From the human T2T-CHM13v2.0 reference genome, Homo sapiens: a stretch of 64,000 bases of DNA. Location: positions 19,872,001 to 19,936,000 of the forward strand of contig CP068257.2 of assembly GCA_009914755.4 (NCBI GenBank), given 5' to 3'. Both the position numbers and the translations under genes were made by a program. Positions within the stretch are counted from its first letter, which is position 1. Every line of letters begins with the position of its first letter. The notes below the pieces were generated by a model. The model did no database searches. It worked only from the letters and a program-made list of their open reading frames with translations, and had not been told where the DNA came from. This document shows positions 56,127 through 64,000 of the stretch, piece by piece.

Positions 56127-56748
56127 AGAAATAGACAAGTGGTACCTTAAAATTATATGTAAAAGTAATGGTTGTGAGAAGTTTGAAACACAATATGGAT
56201 AAAAATGAAATAAATAATGTTTGTCACTTTATTAAGAATAAATGAAGAAAAGAAAGATGAAAGAAGAAAAATAAACCAATAAATTTATTTTTTTGCTGCT
56301 ATTGTAAAAGGGGTTAACCTATTGATTTGATTCTCAGCTTGGTCACTATTGATTCTATTTGCTATCATATCCATTGTACTGCTGGTTCCATCTGGTATAT
56401 TTTTATTCTATTTTACGTTTTAATTTTAAAACTTTCATTTGTATACTTTTATAACGTTTATTTTTGTTGGAATTTCCCATTTTAAAATTTCTTTCAAGAT
56501 AATCTGTAATTGATAATTGAAATGATTTTTAGATAGCTACATTAACATCATTTAAGATAATTCTGATATCTGATTCATTTCAGTGATAGGCTTAGTTGAT
56601 CATATTTTTTCAATAAACTTATGAATTCTTAAATGTTAGTATGATGGGTTATTTTCAAATGAATCCTAGTCAGTTTGTATTATTTTGTTAGCACTGGGTC
56701 TTTAATATCTATCCTTATAATTTTGTCTTGAATACATACATGTGGTGT

Positions 56749-59133
56749 TGTATTAGCCCATTTTCATGCTGCTGATAAAGACATACCCAAGACTGGGCAA
56801 TTTACAAAAGAAAGAGGTTTAATGGACTTATAGTTCCACATGGCTATGGAGGCCTTACAATCATGGAGGAAGGCAAGAAGCAGCAAGTCAGGTCTTACAT
56901 GGATGGCAGCATGCCAAAAGAGAGCTTGTTCAGGGGAACTCCTCTTTATAAAACCTTCAGATCTCATGAGACTTATTCACTATCACCAAAACAGCACAAG
57001 AAAGACCTGCCCCCACGATTAAATTACCTCCCACCTGATCCCTCCCACAACACCTGGGAATTCAAGATGAGATTTGGATGGGGACACAGCCAAACCATAT
57101 TATTCCACCCCTGGCCCCTCCCAAATCTCATGTCCTCACATTTTAAAAGCAATCATGCCTTTGCAACAGTCCCCCAAAGTCTTAATTCATTTCAGCATTA
57201 ACTCAAAAGACAACAGTCCAATCCCTCATCTGAGACAAGGCAAGTCCCTTCCACCTATGAGCCTGTAAGATTAAAAGCAAGTTAATTACTTCCTAGATAC
57301 AATAGGGGCACAGGCTGTGGGTAAATACAGCTATTCCAAATGGGAAAAATTGGCCAAATCAAAGGGGCTACAATCCCCATGCAAGTCCAAAATCTAGCAG
57401 GGCAGTCAAATCTTAAAGCTCCAAAATGATCTCCTTTGACTCTATGTCTCACATCCAGATCACACTGATGCAAGACATGGGTTTCTACAGTCTTGGGCAG
57501 CTCTACCCCTGTGGCTTTGCAGGGTACAGCCTCCCTCCTGGCTGCTTTCAGTGGTTGGCATTGAGTGTCTGCGGCTTTTTCAGGAGCACAGTGCAAGCTG
57601 TCAGTGGATCTGCCATTTTGAAGTCTGGAGGATGGTGGACCTCTACTCACAGCTCCACTAGGCAGTGCCCCAGTGTGGACTCTGTGTGGGGGCTCTGACT
57701 GCATATTTTTCTTCTGCACTGCCCTAGAAGAGGTTCTCCATGAGGGCTCCACCTCTGCAGCAAACTGCTGCCTGGACATGCAGGTGTTTCCTTACATCCT
57801 CTGAAATCTAAGCAGACGTTCCCCAACCTCAATTCTCAACTTCTATGTACCCACATGCCCAACACCATGTGTAAGCCACCAAGGCTTGGGGCTTGCACCC
57901 GCTGAAGCAATGGCCCAAACTATACGTAGACCCCTTTTGGCCATGGCTGGAGTTAAGTAGCTGGGAAACAGGACACCATGCCCTGAGGTTCCATTTACCG
58001 TTGGGGCCTAGGAACAAAAAATGGGTTTGTGGGCCAGGCTCAGGGGCCCCCTGCTGTGTGCACACTAGGGACTTGGTGCCTTGGGTCCAGGCCCATAAAA
58101 CCATTTTTGGCTACTAGACCCCTGGGCAGGTGATGGGAGGGACTCCTGTGAAGGTCTCTGACATGCCCTGGAGAAATTTTCTCCATTGTTTTGGTGATTA
58201 ACATTCAGCAGTACCTTACTTATGCAAATTTATACAGCTGGCTTGAATTTCTCTTCAGAAAATGGGTTTTTCTTTCTATCTTACCATCAGGTTGCAAATG
58301 TTCTGAACTTTTATGCTCTGCTTCCTCTTGAATGCTTTGCCACTTAGAGATTTCTTCCGCCAGATACACTAAATCATCTATCTCAAGTTCAAAGTTCCAC
58401 AGATCTCTAGGGCAGGGACAAAATGCCACTAGTCTGTTTGCTAAAGCATAAGAAGAATGACCTTCACTCATCTCCATCTGTGACCACCTCAGCCTGGACT
58501 TCATTGTCCATATCACTATCAGCATCTTGGTCAAAGTCATTCGACAAATTTCTAGGAAGTTCCAAACTTTCCTATATCTTCCTGTCTTCTGAGCCCTCCA
58601 AGTCTCCAGGAAGTTCCAAACTTTCCCACATTTTCCTGTCTTCTTCTGAGCCCTCTAACCTGTTCCTATCTCTGCCTGTTACCCAGGTCCAAAGTCGCTT
58701 TCACATTTTCAGCTATCTTTACAGCAGCACCCCACTCTATGTGATACTAATTTACTGTATTATTCTGTTCTCATGCTTCTATAAAGGCATACCTGAGAGT
58801 GGGTAATTTATAAAGCAAAGAGATTTAATTGACTCACCGTTCCGTATGGCTGAGAAGACCTCAGAAATCTTACAATCATGGCAGAAGGCAAAGGAGAAGC
58901 ACGCACCTTCTTCATAGCATGGCAGGACAGAATGAGTGCCAGCAGGGGAAATGTCAGATGCTTATAAAACCATCAGATCTTGTGACACTCCCTCATTATC
59001 AGGAGAATAGCATGTAGGAAACCACCCCCAGGAATCAATTACCTCCACCTGGTCCCACCCTTGACACGTGGGGATTACGGGGATTACAATTCAAAATGAG
59101 ATTTGGGTGGGGACACAGAGCCAAACCTTATAA
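56749..59133 (-). mobile_element. Full-length MaLR (THE1/MST-like, ERVL-MaLR) retroelement. Two same-orientation LTRs (56749-57103 and 58757-59133) flank about 1.65 kb of internal sequence.
   Basis: Both ends read as the reverse complement of the THE1-type LTR (tgtattag...catgctgctgataaagacatacccaagactgggcaatttacaaaagaaagaggtttaatggacttatagttccacatggctatggaggcctt...ccaaaccatatta, and tgtattattctgttctcatgcttctataaaggcatacctgagagtgggtaatttataaagcaaagagatttaattgactcac...ccaaaccttataa). The total length of about 2.39 kb fits THE1. The internal ORF 57282..57779 (-) is not a recognisable protein. Confidence 0.75.
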
Positions 59134-59297
59134 TGTAGTAACCTTGAAAAGAACCAAGGTCAACATATTCTGCATCAACTAGGTGTAATCTTCATAAACG
59201 AACATGGCCATGTTATTTTGTATTTACTTGATATTGTATGTTCGAGCCTTTCTGTAGAAAAGCAAAGTAAAATCATATTCTAGTTAAAAGTGTAAGT

Positions 59298-59612
59298 AGG
59301 CTGGGCACTGTGGCTCACACGTGAATCCTACAACTTTGGGAGGCAGAGGTGGGTGGATTGTTTGAGCACAGGAGTTTGAAGCCAACTTTGGCAATATGGA
59401 GGAGCCTTGTATCTACAAAAAGTACAAAAAATAACTAGATATGGTGGTGTATGCCTGTAGTCCCAGCTACTTGGATAGCTGAGGTGGAAGGATTGCTTGA
59501 GGACAAGAGGTCAAGTCTGCAGTGAGCCATGATAGCATTACTGCACTACAGCCTGGGTGACAGATCAAGACTGTGTCTCAAGTATTAAAATAAAATAAAA
59601 GTATAAATAAAA
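59298..59612 (+). mobile_element. Full-length diverged Alu (AluJ-like) with an A-rich tail. A short TSD taaaagt flanks it.
   Basis: ggctgggcactgtggctcacacgtgaatcctacaactttgggaggcagaggtgggtggattgtttgagcacaggagtttgaagcc...ctgggtgacagatcaagactgtgtctcaagtattaaaataaaataaaag. Confidence 0.8.
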
Positions 59613-60164
59613 GTTTCACTGTGATTTAAATATAGGTAACAGTGGAAAACATAGAAGAATTTATCCTAAAATGTAGTGTAGAAATACAGGACAACACAAA
59701 ATAAAAACAAACTCAGCAAAGCATTAACATTTCAAGTAGAATATCACCTACCTGTGGTCCTTTGCCTCACTAATGTGTAGCTCTTTTTTAGGAGCAGTAA
59801 ATACTATATAATTATTATATTTGATGGGTACATTATTAAATTGATTAGCTCCTTAAAAATAATGGAAACGGATAAAAATTGTTTTATAGGATATATAATC
59901 ATGTCAATAATGAAGACATCTCAAAGGAGGTTATATTATTTTCTGAATAGACAGGACCAAGAAAAAAGTGAAATGCAAAACCTGCACTTTACTTTCAAAC
60001 CCAACACATTGAACATAACAGTTTCAATAAAACAACAATATTCCTTGAATGAATTCTGCTAGTTCAAGTTTTTTGGCATGGTGATTTTGTTTGTAGTTAA
60101 TTAGTCTTTTTGATTGTTTTACATGTGGAAAGGAACCATAAGCAGAAAAGTTATTTTTGTGACT

Positions 60165-60546
60165 GCTATGGTGTGAATGTGTCCCCCAAAATTCATAATG
60201 TTGGAACCATGATCCCCAATGTTGGTGTTGGGAGATGAGATATAATGGGAGTTGCTTGAGTGGTGGGAGAACTGCCCAATGGATAGATTAATGCCATCAT
60301 CCAGGAAGTGTCTTTGTTATTGTGGGGGTGCATTCCTTATTAAAGGACAAGTTCCTGCCCCCCTTACTCTGCCTTTGCCCTTCTCTCTTCTGCCATGAAA
60401 CGATGCTGCCAGAAGGTGCTTGCCAGGTGCCAGCTCCGAGATCTAGGACCTCCCAGTGCCAGAAATGTGAGAAAATACATTTCTGTCCTTTATAAATTGC
60501 CTAGTTTCAGGTATTCTGTTATACCAGCACAAAATGGATTAAGACA
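60165..60546 (+). mobile_element. MaLR solo LTR (MLT1-like).
   Basis: tgctatggtgtgaatgtgtcccccaaaattcataatgttggaaccatgatccccaatgttggtgttgggagatgag...ccagaaatgtgagaaaatacatttctgtcctttataaattgcctagtttcaggtattctgttataccagcacaaaatggattaagaca. This is the typical MaLR LTR architecture with a terminal '..ataaat...cc.agt.t..ggtat..tgttata.cagc....aagaca'. Confidence 0.7.
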
Positions 60547-62323
60547 GTGACTGAAAATAACATTGTATAAAAATATTACCTTGATCATATTCAATATTGT
60601 GATATACAGAAAATTCACTTTCATGCAATCAGTAGTTAAACCAACTACCCATCATCATAATTGATTTTTCACCATTGAAAAACTATACAAAGGATCTGAC
60701 CCCTAGAATAATCTTGAAACCATTTTAAATTAATTTAAACATTGAAGAGTTCTAGTAAAACACAAAACTAAATAAAAACTATGCTATGCAAAATGAACAA
60801 TGTCTCTTCTTGCCCAGCTCAGTGTTTTGGGGAACCAGAAACAAACCAATAAAATAAAGGCGTGGAAAGGCTACTGTGAGAACAGAAAGGAGCAACTGGG
60901 GCACTGAAACAAAAACAACCTGCACAGAAATTAAATTGAGCCAGAACGTAAAGAACTGAAGGAAGTGTCTGATACAGAGAAGAGAGAAAGTACATTTAGG
61001 CCAAAAGAATCATCACAGGTAAGGGCCGGAGAGGGTTTGAGGTATTGAAAACAAGAATAGGAATTCCCTCATGAACTGAACATATAGAGACTGGGACAGT
61101 GGGTAGAGAAGAGGCTAGGACAGTTTTAACAGCTTTATATGTATCAGGATGTGGTGTGTGCAACCAGTCATGTAGACCTCTTTGAAAGAGAACTGAAATG
61201 GACAGGCTGAACAAAGAAGGTTGTCCTTGGCATGGAGCTGAAACATTTCCAGATGAGCTCTCTGCTGGCAACAGAGATAATATACTTGGTTTGCCATTGA
61301 GCAACCCTGCAGAATAATTATTATGGAAACTATTAGTATGGTCATTTAGTTCCTCAATGGAATAAAAGCCTGTCACTGGGTTTGATACCACTATGGCTGT
61401 GTGACAGCAAGGTGACACATAAGGCATGAGGAGAGATCAGGTATTTGATTTTATTGGTGAACTGTCTAATAATCTACAAGCAATATCCATTTGAATATAA
61501 GTAACTGAAGCCAGAATATAGCTAAAGAATAAAACGTCATTTAGATGTTTTAGAATTGCAAATCTGGAAAGGCTAAGCAGCATAATTATCTTTTAAATGT
61601 TTCAATTTTAATATAATTTATGTCATTGAGGCAAAACTTTTTATGGTTTATAATACAAGTATATTCTCCCTTAACCCCATTCCCATCTTAGGATGTCCTT
61701 TATTTAGTGTAAAATTTTAAATAGGGAAAACTTAATGACTCATTCATTTCCATAATCATTTATGGCCATTATAATATAGGTCACTCACAGCTTCTGCTAT
61801 TATCAGAACATTAAAGACCCTGCTGGGGCCTCTCATTGTTATTTGCTTGACATCCACTTAATATTTACCATTGGGAACATCACAGATGGCCCACTTTTCT
61901 TCTGATCCTAGTAATGAAGAATAATCATTATTTTCATGGGTCCTTCTGGGGTACTCTATCTGTAAGTAAATACCTTTTGGAAAGAGAGAAATTGTATTTG
62001 AAGAGGCATTACCAATTGACCACCTCCACAAAAAAAAGCCTGCAGTTAAATTGGATCCAGATTCTTCAAACTTTAATCCATGAGGGAAGATGTGAATAAA
62101 GATAATGAGATAAATAAATATGAAATCACTTTGTAATAGTTGCATCACTTAGGTATATTTGTATCCTAAATATTCCTAAGTAATGCGACTAATAACAAAA
62201 AAAAAACCTCACTCAAACTGGTTTAAGATAGGGAATTTACTATCCTCTATCACTGAAGATTCCTTATCTTCAAAGGAAGGGATTGCTAGGGATTTCTTCA
62301 GGTACAACTTGTTTTAAGTGTTC

Positions 62324-62457
62324 AGGCTGGGTGGGTTGACTTACGCCTGTAATCCCAGAACTTTGGGGGGCTGAGGCAGGAGGATTGCTTGAGGAAAGGA
62401 GTTTGATAACAGCGTGAGGAAAGCAGCAAGGACCTGTCTAAAAAAAAAAAAAAAAAA
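62324..62457 (+). mobile_element. Alu-monomer-like fragment (FLAM/FRAM-like) with an A(17) tail.
   Basis: ggctgggtgggttgacttacgcctgtaatcccagaactttggggggctgaggcaggaggattgcttgagg...cctgtctaaaaaaaaaaaaaaaaaag. Confidence 0.65.
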
Positions 62458-63774
62458 GACTTCAATAATGTCATTAAATTTGGTTTCTCTGTTACTTGGC
62501 TCTGTCTTTCAAAATTATTTCATTTTTACACATGAAACTCCATGTGGTTGCAATATACCCAATTTCTGAGATTACATCTACATTTAGTAGGAAAGTGGTT
62601 TTACCCTGACAATTTCTGTTGAAATGCCAGTTGATTTCTTTGAGTCAGATTGTATATTATGCCCATCCTTGAACATAGAGCAGTGCTCTAGATGTTGTGA
62701 AAACTGATCACTTCATCACTGGCTAACACAGTGCATATATGCTGAAACAGGAGAAAATGGAGAAGAGACCCATACTTATGCTAGGTAGCTAAAGTAACAA
62801 ATCACCACAATAATAAATACAGTGAAAAAAATACCTGATGTGGTTGTGATCATTAGTGATAGTTTGGTCATCAGTCAGTTAAAGCTAATGTCTTTGAAAA
62901 TCATAAAACCATATATATTTAAATTTAAATCTTATAAAGGTATGTACTTTAAACAAATCTTTTGATATAAAACTATTATGGAATGGCATGCAAAGCGAAT
63001 CTTAGAGAATGGTGTATAAGATTGTCTTTCTTTCCTGAAAGACGCTAACAGTATATATTCTGTAATTTCCATTTCTATTCTTTAAGGTAAATATGCAAAG
63101 ATACTTGCAAAATAATCTGATTCCACAACTGTTTTTGACAATTTTCCTTCTAATGTTGTAGTTGTGTCTTCCACAGTGTTAACACTGATTTTTTAGATAT
63201 TCATAGAGAATGATGTCACAGTTGTCCTCTTATCCAAAAACATACATGAAGTATATATTCTTGGATTTCTTGTTTTAATTTTTATTTTTAAATTTTGTGG
63301 GGGCACAGTAGGTACATATATTTATGGGTACATGAGATATTTTGACACAGGCATGCAATGCATGATAATCACATTATGGAGAAGGGGGTCTCCATGCCTT
63401 TAAGCATTTAACCTTTGTGTATACTCTTTTAGTTATTTTAAACTGTACAATTAGGTTATTATTCATTATAGTCACTAAATAAGCCAAGAACAGAAAGACA
63501 AACATCATATGTTTTCACTTACTTGTGGAACATAAAAATCAAAACTCTTGAACTCATGGGTTTCTATTTTTGTTGCCTTTGAAGTACAGTGAGAAACTCC
63601 CAGTCCAGAGAAAATGATCTAGATCTATTCCTCTCTGTTCTTCCCTCCTCTTCCCCACTAAGCACTATACTATGAACCCTGGAAATAGCCCAGCAGACAA
63701 CCCAAAATGTACACTGAAATGTGATAAAAAGTTGACCGGGTTACAGAAACAAGATTGTAGAAACAACACAGTGA

Positions 63775-63855
63775 CATGTGTATGCATACGCATGTGCATA
63801 AGCACACACACACACAAGGAACACACACATACACGCACACACACAAGGCCACACA
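63775..63855. repeat. Imperfect (CA)n / CACA-rich low-complexity tract.
   Basis: acatgtgtatgcatacgcatgtgcataagcacacacacacacaaggaacacacacatacacgcacacacacaaggccacacagacacatc. Confidence 0.85.
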
Positions 63856-64000
63856 GACACATCGTTTACCGACCTAAGCCTAGCAAGAGAGGGCAGCCCA
63901 CATAAGTTCATTTCTCCCCTGAATAAATCAAAAGGTCCCTCAGACAACATCAGAAATAAGGAATCAATTAGGAGCCCCCCACTTTCCCAAAATAAAGAAG

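Noticed and set aside
57282-57779. 165-aa minus-strand ORF (Pro/Ser/Arg-rich)
   Set aside because: It lies in the internal region of the THE1-like MaLR element. MaLR internal sequences are non-coding, and the peptide is low-complexity with no recognisable domain.
60996-61427. 143-aa minus-strand ORF in unique sequence
   Set aside because: It has no start or splice context, no homology I can recognise, and a composition typical of random ORFs in about 40% GC DNA.

Overview
This window is human (primate) genomic DNA, not a prokaryotic locus. It is AT-rich and dominated by Alu, L1, MaLR/THE1 LTR, MIR and DNA-transposon copies. Most of the prokaryote-style six-frame ORFs are artefacts. The real protein-coding content is three short spliced exons on the + strand. 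They encode the transmembrane segment and cytoplasmic tail of neural cell adhesion molecule 2 (NCAM2, chr21q21): exons 2929-3133, 28594-28713 and 31903-32014 (stop TAA at 32012-32014). Together they read [68 protein letters not shown] | [40 protein letters not shown] | [36 protein letters not shown]. All three have canonical AG acceptors and GT donors. A long AT-rich 3'UTR follows, and candidate poly(A) signals lie near 37.06 and 37.38 kb. The rest is NCAM2 intron and downstream intergenic sequence. The 25-kb intron between the TM exon and the next exon holds a reverse-oriented L1 3' portion (~5.3-8.1 kb), several Alus, and an ~8-kb ancient L1 (14.6-22.6 kb) with nested Alu and L1 insertions and an internal minisatellite. 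It also holds a ~190-bp tandem duplication followed by a 27-bp-unit minisatellite (23.7-24.4 kb). Downstream of the gene are a MIR, a MER5A-like DNA transposon, a gammaretrovirus-like ERV pol remnant on the minus strand (~42.4-44.4 kb), a large nested L1/THE1-LTR/Alu cluster (46.5-54.9 kb), a full-length THE1-like MaLR element with both LTRs (56749-59133, minus), and an MLT1-like solo LTR. I found no rRNA, tRNA or CRISPR, and no support for a novel prokaryote-type system. The most interesting items are structural. These are a 32-nt poly-T tract forming the polypyrimidine tract of the TM-exon acceptor, the absence of an NCAM1 exon-18 (NCAM-180) homologue in the last intron, a weak candidate alternative terminal exon upstream of the TM exon, and several candidate VNTRs.
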